Below, one piece after another: positions 10,680 through 20,632 of a stretch of 64,000 nt of DNA. The DNA is from a bacterium. GTDB lineage: Bacteria; Patescibacteriota; CPR2; UBA1875; CAIMLA01. The notes below the pieces were generated by a model. That model did not search any database. It saw nothing but the letters and a program-made list of their open reading frames with translations, and was not told the origin of the DNA. Position numbers and translations under genes: made by a program. The first letter of the stretch is position 1. Every line of letters starts with the position of its first letter. The stretch is from NCBI GenBank assembly GCA_037129835.1, contig JBAXUE010000003.1, positions 18,793-82,792 on the forward strand, in the 5' to 3' direction.

Positions 10680-11045
10680 ATGTTATACCTACTTACTATA
10701 TTTACTGCTGCGCTTTTGGCGACAGGACAAATGTTTTGGAAAAAAGCCGCTGTTACCTATCCCACACTGATTGCTGACCATCTTTCCCCAACAAGTGCTG
10801 CGTTACGTGTAATTTTCTCTACTAAATTCTTTATTGGCGCTTTTCTATATGTTGTCGCCACCCTGATATATCTGTGGTTATTTTCAAAATATCCCTATTA
10901 TATTGTACAAACAACCCTAATGGTGACCTCCCTCGTATTAACCGCCGCTATCTCTGTTTTTATTTTTAAGGAAGAGCTTTCACTAATTAATCTGCTAGGA
11001 ATCAGTATTATACTTTTTGGTGTTTTCTTGGTTTCTGCCAAATAA
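10680..11045 (+). CDS. Small EamA/SMR-like membrane protein (ArnE/F-like flippase candidate)
   Basis: ATG at 10680; four hydrophobic helices, GQxxWK and FKEEL motifs. Confidence 0.65.
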   Translation: MLYLLTIFTAALLATGQMFWKKAAVTYPTLIADHLSPTSAALRVIFSTKFFIGAFLYVVATLIYLWLFSKYPYYIVQTTLMVTSLVLTAAISVFIFKEELSLINLLGISIILFGVFLVSAK

Positions 11046-11049
11046 GGGC

Positions 11050-11526
11050 TTATTTATTCTCGATACTCCAGTCAAAACCTACTTCTGGACTATCCCAGTC
11101 AAGACGCTCCTCGTCTGGGTTTTTGGGGTCATATGACTCCGTCGTAACATAGGTTATTACAACCGGATCATTACCAAGGACCTGATATCCATGAGCAACT
11201 CCGATAGGTATCAGAAGTGATGCTGGATTATCTTCACCCATAAAGAATTGTTCTGTGGTTTTATAAGTTGGTGAGTCTTTGCGCAGATCGTGTAAAACAA
11301 CTCTGGCATTGCCGACAGGGAAGAACCATAAGTCGTCTTGTTTTTTATGATAGTGAAAAGCTTTAATAACTCCTGGGTTGGTCTTAGATATAGAGAATTG
11401 ACCAAATTTTGTCAGCATATTCTCGTCATCTCGAGCTACTTCTGAAAAAAAGCCTCTGTCGTCACTGTGACGCACTAGTTTTTTAAACTTAACTCCCTGT
11501 ATTTTTCCTTCTTTGATATCTGCCAT
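11050..11526 (-). CDS. rmlC: dTDP-4-dehydrorhamnose 3,5-epimerase
   Basis: DDRGFF, AFHYH, DLRKDSPT, GVAHGY motifs; start at MADIKE just after the rmlB stop. Confidence 0.88.
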   Translation of the reverse strand: MADIKEGKIQGVKFKKLVRHSDDRGFFSEVARDDENMLTKFGQFSISKTNPGVIKAFHYHKKQDDLWFFPVGNARVVLHDLRKDSPTYKTTEQFFMGEDNPASLLIPIGVAHGYQVLGNDPVVITYVTTESYDPKNPDEERLDWDSPEVGFDWSIENK

Positions 11527-11527
11527 T

Positions 11528-12538
11528 TTATTCTCCGTATTGTTTATTATAATAATCTTGATATTTACCGCTTTTGACAGCCTGCCACCACTCTGGATTG
11601 TTCTGGTACCACTCAATCGTTTCTTTAAGTCTCTGCTCAAAGGGATGTTTTGGTTCCCAGCCAAGCTCGTTATGAATCTTGGTCCAATCTACCGCGTATC
11701 TAACATCGTGTGCGGGGCGATCTTTAACGTACTCGATATCGTCTTCTGTTTTACCCATTATCTTTAACATCATTTTGACTAATTCTAGGTTGGTTATGTC
11801 TTTGGTCAGACCTCCAATACAGTATGTTTCACCTATTTTGCCTTGTTTTAAAACCAAGTCAATGGCCTCACAGTGATCTTCCACATAGAGCCAATCACGA
11901 ACCTGGTTACCTACTCCATATATGGGCACCTTCTTACCCTCTATAAGATTTGTTACCGCAAGAGGAATAAGCTTCTCAGGGAAGTGATATGGTCCATAGT
12001 TGTTTGAGCAATTTGTAATCGTGAATGGTAACCCAAAAGTATCACCATAGGCTCTAACGAGATGATCAGATCCTGCCTTGGAAGCACTGTAAGGGCTATG
12101 AGGGTCATAAGGAGTGTTCTCGTTAAACTTGCCGCCACTTAGTGGTAATGTGCCAAACACTTCGTCTGTGGAGACATGGTGAAATCTGGTAACACCTGCT
12201 TTAATAGAAGCATCTAAAAGTATTTGGGTACCAAGAATGTTTGTTTTAACAAATGTGGCGGGCTCAAGAATTGAGCGATCCACATGAGACTCTGCGGCAA
12301 AGTGGACAACTGTATCACAGCCACTGATGGCTTTTGCCACATCTTCTGGGCTGGTGATATCTCCTTTGATAAAGATATATCTAGGGTCTTTCTCTACTGC
12401 TTTCAAGTTTGAAAGATTCCCAGCATATGTTAGGCAGTCAAGATTCACAACCTCAATATCTTTGTATTTTCCAAGCATATGATGGATAAAGTTTGAACCA
12501 ATAAACCCAGCACCACCAGTAACTAAATACTTTTTCAC
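11528..12538 (-). CDS. rmlB: dTDP-glucose 4,6-dehydratase
   Basis: TGGAGFIGS, AAESHVDRS, STDEV, PYSASKA, NNYGP motifs. Confidence 0.95.
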   Translation of the reverse strand: MKKYLVTGGAGFIGSNFIHHMLGKYKDIEVVNLDCLTYAGNLSNLKAVEKDPRYIFIKGDITSPEDVAKAISGCDTVVHFAAESHVDRSILEPATFVKTNILGTQILLDASIKAGVTRFHHVSTDEVFGTLPLSGGKFNENTPYDPHSPYSASKAGSDHLVRAYGDTFGLPFTITNCSNNYGPYHFPEKLIPLAVTNLIEGKKVPIYGVGNQVRDWLYVEDHCEAIDLVLKQGKIGETYCIGGLTKDITNLELVKMMLKIMGKTEDDIEYVKDRPAHDVRYAVDWTKIHNELGWEPKHPFEQRLKETIEWYQNNPEWWQAVKSGKYQDYYNKQYGE

Positions 12539-13269
12539 TATCTACCTTCCTCTTTTTTTGACATTGCCTTTTCCTGCATTAGGTTCGCCGCACGAAGCAA
12601 GCTATCAAAAGTGCCGGCGTCTTCCCAAAGACCTTCTATTATATTTACTTTGAGATCACCGTTCTGTAGATAAACGTTTTGTAGGTCCACAATCTCAAGC
12701 TCTCCTCGAGGTGAAGGTTTTAATTCTTTAGCGAACTTCACTACTCTTGAGTCAAAGGTATAGATACCAACAGAGGCATAGTCTGATTTTGGCTTTTGGG
12801 GCTTCTCCTCTATCGAGACAACGTGACCGTCTTTAGCAAACTCCACCACGCCAAACCTTTCTGGGTCGGCTACTTTCTTTGCGTATGTGACCGCCCCGCC
12901 CTTGAAGCTTTTGATGTGCTCTGAAAAATCGTAATCAAAAATATTATCTCCAAGAATGAGCGTGACGTCATCATTGTCTATAAAGTCATCTCCGTATATG
13001 AAGGCTTCTGGTAAACCCCCGGGTGTTGGCTGGACCACATAGCTAATCCTGGCGCCAACTTCTTTGCCGGTTCCTAGCAGATTAAGATAGTGTCCGGCAA
13101 ATTCTGGAGATACAATAATCAGTATCTCAGTAATTCCTGCTCTGGTCAGTGTTTCGATGGGATAATAGATCATTGGTTTGTTATATACGGGCAATAGCTG
13201 CTTTGAAGTTACCCATGTTAGTGGTCTGAGCCTGGTGGCTTTCCCGCCAGCAAGTATGATTCCCTTCAT
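12538..13269 (-). CDS. rmlA: Glucose-1-phosphate thymidylyltransferase (short form)
   Basis: LAGGxxTRLxP, SKQLLPVY, EKP, RGELEI, WxDAGT motifs. Confidence 0.9.
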   Translation of the reverse strand: MKGIILAGGKATRLRPLTWVTSKQLLPVYNKPMIYYPIETLTRAGITEILIIVSPEFAGHYLNLLGTGKEVGARISYVVQPTPGGLPEAFIYGDDFIDNDDVTLILGDNIFDYDFSEHIKSFKGGAVTYAKKVADPERFGVVEFAKDGHVVSIEEKPQKPKSDYASVGIYTFDSRVVKFAKELKPSPRGELEIVDLQNVYLQNGDLKVNIIEGLWEDAGTFDSLLRAANLMQEKAMSKKEEGR

Positions 13270-13329
13270 ATTTCTCCTTTTATTAGCTTGTGTATTTTAG
13301 CACAAATAGGTTATATATCAAACCCGGGC

Positions 13330-15285
13330 TCATGGCAGATAATAAGCTACGCCTTCTAGTCTGAATGTGCCAGGCCATCTGGCCATAATGTTGTTCTTCT
13401 CGGATTCTGAAGCAGTGTAGAAGTGAGTGCCATTCGCGTTCCAGAAGCGATATACGGGTGTCCCGCTCGAATCCATAGTTACATTATAAGCAACTCCCTC
13501 TAATTTATATTTCGTAGGCCACTTCCTAACAGCGTCTAAAGCCTCGGTATATGACGCGGTGTAAAAATGGGTGCCGTTGCTATTCCATAGTCGATAAAGT
13601 GGTGTCAGCGCTCTCTGGGAATTAAGATTGGTGGTATAGGCCACACCCTCATATTTATATATATTTGGCCATCTAGCCATAACGTTGCTCTTTTCAGACT
13701 CTGACGCAGTGTAAAAATGGGTTCCGTTTGTGTTCCAGAAGCGATAGACATTTTGCAGTACCACTGGAGGTGGTGTATAAGAATCAACCGCTGGAGGCGG
13801 AACATAGGGGGCCACAACTGTATTTACACTTACTGTGACGGTCGCACTATTTATACCGCCATTTGTTGCCCTTACAATATATGTTCCGGGGCTCGTATTA
13901 GTAAATAATCCAGTCGAATTTGTTCCCGTCCATGTATATGTTAGTGGAATATCATGGTTTGAAACATCTTGCCCTTGAGCTGTAAATTGGATAGTTTCAC
14001 CAGAAGTAATTGTTTGGGTGGTGGAAGGGTAGATATTGATATGATCCAGCCCTGTATAATTTACAGACTTTAGAGCGTTTATTCTGCCGTAACCGTAGAA
14101 GTCTGTCCTACTTTGCGAAGCCATACCCGCAACTTTGTCGGCGCCCTGCTCTATCATGGACTGCACTTCATCGGGCGTATAATTGTTTCTCGCCAGAAGT
14201 AGTGCCGCCAGGCCAGCGACATAGGGGCTTGCGAGCGAGGTACCACTTGCGGACGCGTAGGCGTTGTTTGTATATGCACTTCCAGACCAGGCAGTGCTGG
14301 CGGCATAAATACTCGTACCCGGTGCTGAAACATCTACCTCGGGACCAAAACTAGAATATGAGGCAATAAAATCATCTGAGCCCGTTGCCCCTACCGCTAT
14401 TACACTGTCATATGCTGCCGGATAATTAGTTCTGCGCAGAGTGAGGTCTGCATTGCTGCCCGAATTACCAGCTGCGGCAACTATGGTTACTCCGCTGTTA
14501 TGAGAATCATTTATGGCCGCCTCAAGTGCTGGATCACTCCCCTCTATATAGTTATAACCAAGGCTCATATTTACAACCTTCGCTCCATTTAGTGTGGCAT
14601 ATCTCAGACCGGCTGTTATGCTAGCCGTGGTTCCGTTTCCATCGTTGTCCATAACTCTTATCGGCATAATTTTGGCATACCAATTAATGCCAGCCATTCC
14701 GACGGCATTATTTGCTGTAGCCCCGATAACGCTGGCCACCGCCGTTCCGTGAGAAACACTCTCGCCTCCTCCTGTTGGAAGCGATGGATCGCTATCGTTA
14801 TTTACAAAATCCCACCCTCCCACAATGCGACCAGTGAGGTCTTGATGGTTTTGATTGATGCCAGTATCTAGCACTGCTACCGTTACCGCACTATTACCCG
14901 TGGTGATATCCCAAGCCCCCGGTGCACTTATTTTTGGCAATGCCCATTGGCTTGAATAAGCTGGGTCATTTGGAATGGCGGTAGTTTTGTATTTCTTGTT
15001 AATAGAATAACTGGTTATTTTACCTGTTTTCTTTTTTTGTTTTGCGGTTAATTCTTGGTCGGCCCCCAATACCAACACACCATACTTGGAATAATCTTTT
15101 TTAATATTAATAAAGCCCTCTTTTGCGCTGGCCACTCCTACCGTTTTGGGATTGAAATATACCACAATATCTTCGCCTGCTGCATCTATTTTCTGTGTTA
15201 TCGTAAGGGGTATCAGAAATATCGTTAGACACAATATCGCAACGTTGCTCCAAAATATTATTCGTCTAATGTGAAATAGCCTCAA
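13330..15285 (-). CDS. Secreted S8 subtilase with Ig-like segment and three C-terminal DUF5648-like repeats
   Basis: VAVLDTG, HGTAVA, AAAGN, SGTSLASP catalytic motifs; same repeats as 1995..3236. Confidence 0.9.
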   Translation of the reverse strand: MRLFHIRRIIFWSNVAILCLTIFLIPLTITQKIDAAGEDIVVYFNPKTVGVASAKEGFINIKKDYSKYGVLVLGADQELTAKQKKKTGKITSYSINKKYKTTAIPNDPAYSSQWALPKISAPGAWDITTGNSAVTVAVLDTGINQNHQDLTGRIVGGWDFVNNDSDPSLPTGGGESVSHGTAVASVIGATANNAVGMAGINWYAKIMPIRVMDNDGNGTTASITAGLRYATLNGAKVVNMSLGYNYIEGSDPALEAAINDSHNSGVTIVAAAGNSGSNADLTLRRTNYPAAYDSVIAVGATGSDDFIASYSSFGPEVDVSAPGTSIYAASTAWSGSAYTNNAYASASGTSLASPYVAGLAALLLARNNYTPDEVQSMIEQGADKVAGMASQSRTDFYGYGRINALKSVNYTGLDHINIYPSTTQTITSGETIQFTAQGQDVSNHDIPLTYTWTGTNSTGLFTNTSPGTYIVRATNGGINSATVTVSVNTVVAPYVPPPAVDSYTPPPVVLQNVYRFWNTNGTHFYTASESEKSNVMARWPNIYKYEGVAYTTNLNSQRALTPLYRLWNSNGTHFYTASYTEALDAVRKWPTKYKLEGVAYNVTMDSSGTPVYRFWNANGTHFYTASESEKNNIMARWPGTFRLEGVAYYLP

Positions 15286-15303
15286 GGCGCCCTCCGTTAT
15301 GTG

Positions 15304-16164
15304 TTAACGTACTTCGTTTAGAAATTTCTTGAATTCTTTATTTAATTTGTCATGCTTTAGGGCCATGCAAACTGTTGCTTCTAGGAAGCCAAGTTTGTCT
15401 CCCGTATCAAAGTATTTTCCTTTATAAACCATTCCTTTTGCCCCCTCTGCTTCAATCTGTTTCTCGAGAGCATCTGTAAGCTGTATTTCATTGCCAGCCC
15501 CGGCAGTGGTTTTTTCTAAATACTTAAAAATACTTGGTGTAAGTATATAGCGCCCGTAAATTGATAAATTAGATGGAGCATCCTCTTTTTTTGGCTTTTC
15601 AACAACGCCGTTAATATCAAAGATATCCCCATCCCCTTCTTTGGCTACAACACCATAGGAACTGACTTTCTCCCAAGGAACTTCTTGCACACCAATAACA
15701 CTTTTCTCTGTTTTTACACATTCGGCGACCATTTTCTTTGTAAATTCTCCGCCATCTTCCATGAGCACGTCTGGCAAGATAACTATAAAGGGCTCGTCTC
15801 CCACTAGCTCTTTGGCCCTGAGTACTGCGTGCCCAAGGCCGAGAGGTTCTTTTTGTCGCACATATACTATTTCGGCCATTTCTGAGATAGCCTTCACTTC
15901 TTTTAGTAGCTCGTCTTTGCCTTTTAATTCGAGCATGTGTTCGAGCTCATACGAGTGATCAAAATAATCTTCGATGGCTCTCTTGCCACGGCCAGTGATA
16001 AATATTATTTCCTCTGCGCCGGCCCTTACCGCCTCTTCGACGGCATAGTGGATTGCTGGCTTGTCAATGATGGGCAGCATCTCCTTGGGCATAGATTTTG
16101 TTGCTGGCAAAAATCTGGTTCCAAAGCCAGCGGCAGGGATAACGGCTTTTCGAATTTTTTTCAT
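15304..16164 (-). CDS. galU: UTP--glucose-1-phosphate uridylyltransferase
   Basis: KAVIPAAGFGTRFLPATK, EIQLTDA motifs. Confidence 0.95.
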   Translation of the reverse strand: MKKIRKAVIPAAGFGTRFLPATKSMPKEMLPIIDKPAIHYAVEEAVRAGAEEIIFITGRGKRAIEDYFDHSYELEHMLELKGKDELLKEVKAISEMAEIVYVRQKEPLGLGHAVLRAKELVGDEPFIVILPDVLMEDGGEFTKKMVAECVKTEKSVIGVQEVPWEKVSSYGVVAKEGDGDIFDINGVVEKPKKEDAPSNLSIYGRYILTPSIFKYLEKTTAGAGNEIQLTDALEKQIEAEGAKGMVYKGKYFDTGDKLGFLEATVCMALKHDKLNKEFKKFLNEVR

Positions 16165-16236
16165 TTCTTCCCTATAAATTATTTAATTGAACAGGTTGTA
16201 TTATACTAGACTTACAAGGGATAGACCAGTCACCTG

Positions 16237-16953
16237 CTATACATCGAGGCTTTTTTTAATGGCAGAGAAGTCTTTGACTGCTTTCAAACCAATTTTAAAT
16301 ATTCTTGTCAAATTTATAGAATTAACACCACCCTGACGAGGACGAAAAGTAATGGGGCGAAAATCTATATTCTCTTTATTTTTCACCAACAGAACTGTTA
16401 GCATCACGTTCGATAGATTAAAATCTTTGGGAATTTTCTCAATATATTTTTTGAGAACACGTGTCTTTACTAAGCGAAAGGGCGTATTCGCATCAACAAC
16501 ATTTAAGCCAAAAATCAGAAATAGTACTAACTTCAAGGTTTTTGTAACAAATGATCGAGATAGTCCATCTTGTCTTCTGTTTCTGTGGCCAATAATTGCA
16601 GAATATTTAGTTCTATCTTCCCAAAAAGAAGCGAATTCTGAAGGAAGCGTCTGCCCGTCGCCATCAGTTTGAAACACGTAGTCTGCGTTGTTTTTTATAG
16701 CATAATGGTACCCATATAGTATGGTGGCACCATGACCGCTATTACTTTTTGTGATCGTAACCAGACAAGGAAGTTGTTTTTGTAGGGCCAATAATTTTTT
16801 ATAAGTATGGTCATTACTACCGTCGTCTATTATAGCTACCTTTGAATTATTGCCTATTTTTGCAACAACTTCGTGCCATTCTTTGGCCACACTTTCAATA
16901 TTCATCTCTTCGTTGTAGGCGGGAATGACTATATAAAGCCTGTCTTTTAACAT
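16237..16953 (-). CDS. GT2 polyprenyl-phosphate glycosyltransferase
   Basis: IPAYNEE, DDGS, QTDGDGQ, DANTPFRL motifs. Confidence 0.88.
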   Translation of the reverse strand: MLKDRLYIVIPAYNEEMNIESVAKEWHEVVAKIGNNSKVAIIDDGSNDHTYKKLLALQKQLPCLVTITKSNSGHGATILYGYHYAIKNNADYVFQTDGDGQTLPSEFASFWEDRTKYSAIIGHRNRRQDGLSRSFVTKTLKLVLFLIFGLNVVDANTPFRLVKTRVLKKYIEKIPKDFNLSNVMLTVLLVKNKENIDFRPITFRPRQGGVNSINLTRIFKIGLKAVKDFSAIKKSLDV

Positions 16954-17369
16954 TATTTCCCTTCTTGAAAAGTAAATAGTTTATTTAGCACAAACTGGAA
17001 CGCGGCTACAACAAAGATTGATCCTACCTTCACGTATATATCGTTGATTATAAGGACCCGAGTACCAAGGTAGAGAATTATCATAGAAAGCAAGAGACCG
17101 ACATAGCCGACCAAGAAAAATTTTGCCGCACGGGCCTTTAATTTGTCGGTTTTTTTAAAATTATAAAAAGCATTAAGGTAAAAACTTACGGAAATACCAA
17201 TGTTAATACCAATAAAATTAGCAAGATATTCATTTAAATGTGTTGACCGTGTTAATAAATAGTATGTGATTGTATCTAAACTAGCGGCAGTTAACCCCAT
17301 CACACCATATAATATAGATTGTCTTATTATGGGATACTCTTTATAAATTGTCTTCATCTTTTTTATCAT
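16953..17369 (-). CDS. GtrA-family flippase
   Basis: 138 aa, four TMs, SFYLN..YNF and FVLNKLFTF motifs. Confidence 0.85.
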   Translation of the reverse strand: MIKKMKTIYKEYPIIRQSILYGVMGLTAASLDTITYYLLTRSTHLNEYLANFIGINIGISVSFYLNAFYNFKKTDKLKARAAKFFLVGYVGLLLSMIILYLGTRVLIINDIYVKVGSIFVVAAFQFVLNKLFTFQEGK

Positions 17370-18519
17370 TTATAATCATTTCTGCCACATCAAGAGCTTT
17401 TTCTATTGCTGCATCCATATTGTAATAGCCGTAGTTTGCCAATCTTCCGCAAAGGAACATATTCCCTAATTTTTTGGCTAAATTCTTATATTTATTATAA
17501 AGAATTATATTTTTTTCTTCAATAATTGGGTAATATGGTATGTTCCCGATATTTTCATTTGGCGAATATTCACGTGGATACTCTTTTAGAATCGTTGACT
17601 TATTTTTAATAATTTGCTTAGTGAGATATTTAAATTCAGTTATCCGGGTATATTTCTCACTTATCGTATAATTGACTACTGCAGCTGGTTGAAAAGTCGT
17701 GATCTTTTTTTGCTCAAATCTTAAGTCCAGAGATATATAAGGTAATCGCCCAAACCTGTAATCAAAAAATTCATCGATTGCCCCTGTGTAGACAATCGGT
17801 TTATCCCATTGATCCCCCTCAAAATATATTTTATTGTCCTTGTGAGATATTAACTCCTTGCTATCTATAGAAGTCCTAACTAATATATTTTTGTGATCAA
17901 GTAAGTTTTTAAAAAGCTCGGTGAACCCGTTCTGCGGCATCATTTGGATTTTGTCTTGAAAATATCTATCGTCGTAACCTAATAGGATTGGGACTCGATT
18001 TATAACGCTCTGATTAACTTTTTCAAAGGGTACTCCCCATTGTTTGGCGGTGTATCTAGCAAAAACATTATTATATACGAACCGTCCGAATTCCTTTATG
18101 TTTGGCTCCTTACTATTAATCAAATCCAGCACCGACACTCTTTCATTACTCCCAAAATGCTCATTTAGTAGTTTTTTAATAGTGTCAGCTTCTTTTTTTT
18201 CAAAAAGACTTTCTATTGACTTGTAATTAAAGGGTATCGGAACTAAGATACCGCCTATATTCCCCAAGACTCTATGTTCGTATTTATACCATGCAGAAAA
18301 TGGCTTTATAAAAGCAAAGACCTCTTCGTTGTTTGTGTGAAAAATGTGTGGTCCGTAGTTGTGGATCAAAATGCCCTGCGAATCATAGGAATCATACATG
18401 TTGCCGGCTATATGACTTCTTTTTTCTATAATGACTACCCTCTTGCCGTTATCGGCCAATTTCCTAGCACATACGGCCCCAGAAAAACCACAACCCACAA
18501 CTATTACGTCTTTTTCCAT
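17341..18519 (-). CDS. glf: UDP-galactopyranose mutase
   Basis: GxGxxG FAD motif, HNYGPHIFHT, YTxKQWG, RYFQD, TRITEFK, PYYP, GRLAxYxYYNMD. Confidence 0.95.
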   Translation of the reverse strand: MEKDVIVVGCGFSGAVCARKLADNGKRVVIIEKRSHIAGNMYDSYDSQGILIHNYGPHIFHTNNEEVFAFIKPFSAWYKYEHRVLGNIGGILVPIPFNYKSIESLFEKKEADTIKKLLNEHFGSNERVSVLDLINSKEPNIKEFGRFVYNNVFARYTAKQWGVPFEKVNQSVINRVPILLGYDDRYFQDKIQMMPQNGFTELFKNLLDHKNILVRTSIDSKELISHKDNKIYFEGDQWDKPIVYTGAIDEFFDYRFGRLPYISLDLRFEQKKITTFQPAAVVNYTISEKYTRITEFKYLTKQIIKNKSTILKEYPREYSPNENIGNIPYYPIIEEKNIILYNKYKNLAKKLGNMFLCGRLANYGYYNMDAAIEKALDVAEMIINDKKDEDNL

Positions 18520-18554
18520 TTAACATTCCTTGCCTAAATATAAAGTATGCCGAA

Positions 18555-20129
18555 TCATTTAATTCTCATATATACTACAAAAATATCGGTAGGATTAACC
18601 GGCTTATAATATTCCCCTAACAGGCCGTCAAGCACCTTGTCGGCATTTACGGTATATTCACCAAAACTTGCTACTTGTGATATTTTTTTTGAAGATACTA
18701 TTATTTTGGGTTTTTGTTTTAATAGATCAAGTAGGTATTCTTTTAATCGATTCTTGTCCACAAAGGCAACGGGGTCTTGATATATATATTTTGAGCAAGA
18801 CATTTTTTGAGAGGCCAGATATATGTTTACAAAATTACCAGTAACCGATATACATTGTTCGCGGCCAGAATATTGACGAACAATCTGTGCTGTTTTAATA
18901 ATGCTATTAGTATATATCTTTCTTGAATATGGGTCGTTTAATAGAATATTGTCGATCAACGGATTGGCACCGCGATTTGCGCTAATGTTGATAATTTTAT
19001 ATCCCAGAAATATGCAATTAGACAGAATACACATAAACAACGCAACAACTATAAGTGCTCGAAAAAATATGTCTCTTATCGACTGGTGCTTATTATTAAC
19101 AATATGATTAATTAACAACACTGTTGGTATAAGATAGCATGGCACAAGGATCATGCCGTAATGGGCGTATCCCGTGCCCGTAGAACCAATAAAAACAAAA
19201 GATGCGCAAAAATATACCATTAAAGAGAAAATTAGTAATCCTTCTTTTTTCGAGTTATTTTTTCTAAGAATTAAATAATATATTAGAATGCATAAGCTGC
19301 TAGTGGCCAACAAGTCTATATAGGACGTTATCGCCATTATTCTGTTGCCTGGCATAAGCTGTGTGTATTTTAAGTTAAACAGAATATATGCCAGGTAAAA
19401 ATCATTCAAGGCCTTATTTACAAACAGATAGATCGCTATCGGCACAGAAACGAACAAAGTACCACAAATAAAATATAGTATGTAACCAGTTGCTATTTTA
19501 AATTTTTTCCTAAATATGACTGCGAAAAACAAAATGGGGCAATATGATAACCATATTGCTATCATATTTGGTCTGAGAAACAAAACAGCGGCGGCACAAG
19601 ATCCAAGAATCATTAACTGCTTTTTGTTCAAATTCTTTTCTTTCCAAATGCTGCTGGTAAATATATATAAGGAAATAAAGATAAAGGGGAGTGCGTATTC
19701 TTCTACGAGATTGCCGCTAGAAAAATATACAGCAACGGTACTAATAGAAATAACTGTTGATAAAAATGCTACAAGAGGTTTAGAAAAAATCTTAGCTGTT
19801 TTATAGGCGAAATAGATGGCGACACAGATACTTAAAAGCTCAAATATCCACAACAACCAAGTACCGCCTGGAAGAGTTCCAAGAAAATTAATTAAATACA
19901 GAACTGGTCCCTTGTGATCAAAGACCTCTTTATAGGGAATAAATCCTCTATTTATCGCCCTACCCATATAGATAAATACACTTGAGTCTGTACCCGGTAG
20001 TGCTCTTGATATCGGGCTTAGCGTACCTTGAGAAACCAACAATAAGCCAACTATAAATAAGGATAAATAATATGCGGTTTCAATTTTAAGTAGCCTGTTG
20101 GTAAAAATTTTAACAACGCCTTTTCCCAC
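18555..20129 (-). CDS. GT-C (PMT_2/ArnT-like) membrane glycosyltransferase
   Basis: DSSVFxYxG, PYxExFDHKGP, EEYALPF motifs; likely GTG start just after the jag stop. Confidence 0.75.
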   Translation of the reverse strand: MGKGVVKIFTNRLLKIETAYYLSLFIVGLLLVSQGTLSPISRALPGTDSSVFIYMGRAINRGFIPYKEVFDHKGPVLYLINFLGTLPGGTWLLWIFELLSICVAIYFAYKTAKIFSKPLVAFLSTVISISTVAVYFSSGNLVEEYALPFIFISLYIFTSSIWKEKNLNKKQLMILGSCAAAVLFLRPNMIAIWLSYCPILFFAVIFRKKFKIATGYILYFICGTLFVSVPIAIYLFVNKALNDFYLAYILFNLKYTQLMPGNRIMAITSYIDLLATSSLCILIYYLILRKNNSKKEGLLIFSLMVYFCASFVFIGSTGTGYAHYGMILVPCYLIPTVLLINHIVNNKHQSIRDIFFRALIVVALFMCILSNCIFLGYKIINISANRGANPLIDNILLNDPYSRKIYTNSIIKTAQIVRQYSGREQCISVTGNFVNIYLASQKMSCSKYIYQDPVAFVDKNRLKEYLLDLLKQKPKIIVSSKKISQVASFGEYTVNADKVLDGLLGEYYKPVNPTDIFVVYMRIK

Positions 20130-20130
20130 C

Positions 20131-20601
20131 TCAATCTTTATTTTCTCTTTGTGGGCGAACAATGACTGCCCTGTCTCTTCCAGTTCCGCTTGACTCACTT
20201 ATTAACCCGTTTTTTGAGACCTCTTCATGAACAATCCGTCTCTCATATGAATTAAGCCCCGTTATTCTTTCTGGGAATCCGCTCGCCGTAGTTTTCTCAA
20301 TGGCTTTTTGGGCAATTTCTACAATCCTTCGATCTTTGTTTTTTAAATATTCGCCCGAGTCAATTCGCACTGAGATGTCCTTGTCGAGCTGGTGGCGAAT
20401 AATTATCCCGAGAATGTAATTTAAGTCTGAGAGCGTTTCTCCATGATAACCGATAATTATCGCCGAATCTTTACCAACTAGATTTATTCTGAGGCCACTT
20501 GTATTCGCACTAACCTCTGGTGTGAGATTGACCCGAAGGAGGCGTAAAAATTCTTCGGCTATCTGCTGGGCTTTCTTTATATCAGAGTTGTTTATTGACA
20601 T
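20131..20601 (-). CDS. jag: Jag/KhpB-like RNA-binding protein (KH + R3H, no N-terminal Jag domain)
   Basis: IIGYHGETL KH motif, ERRIVH R3H motif, SESSGxGxxR; downstream of yidC. Confidence 0.85.
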   Translation of the reverse strand: MSINNSDIKKAQQIAEEFLRLLRVNLTPEVSANTSGLRINLVGKDSAIIIGYHGETLSDLNYILGIIIRHQLDKDISVRIDSGEYLKNKDRRIVEIAQKAIEKTTASGFPERITGLNSYERRIVHEEVSKNGLISESSGTGRDRAVIVRPQRENKD

Positions 20602-20632
20602 AATTTCTCCTATTCTAGAGGGCCGAAAATAT

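Noticed and set aside
1998-13750. DGR template/variable repeat pair
   Set aside because: Differences between repeat copies look mostly synonymous, not adenine-specific, and no reverse transcriptase is in the window
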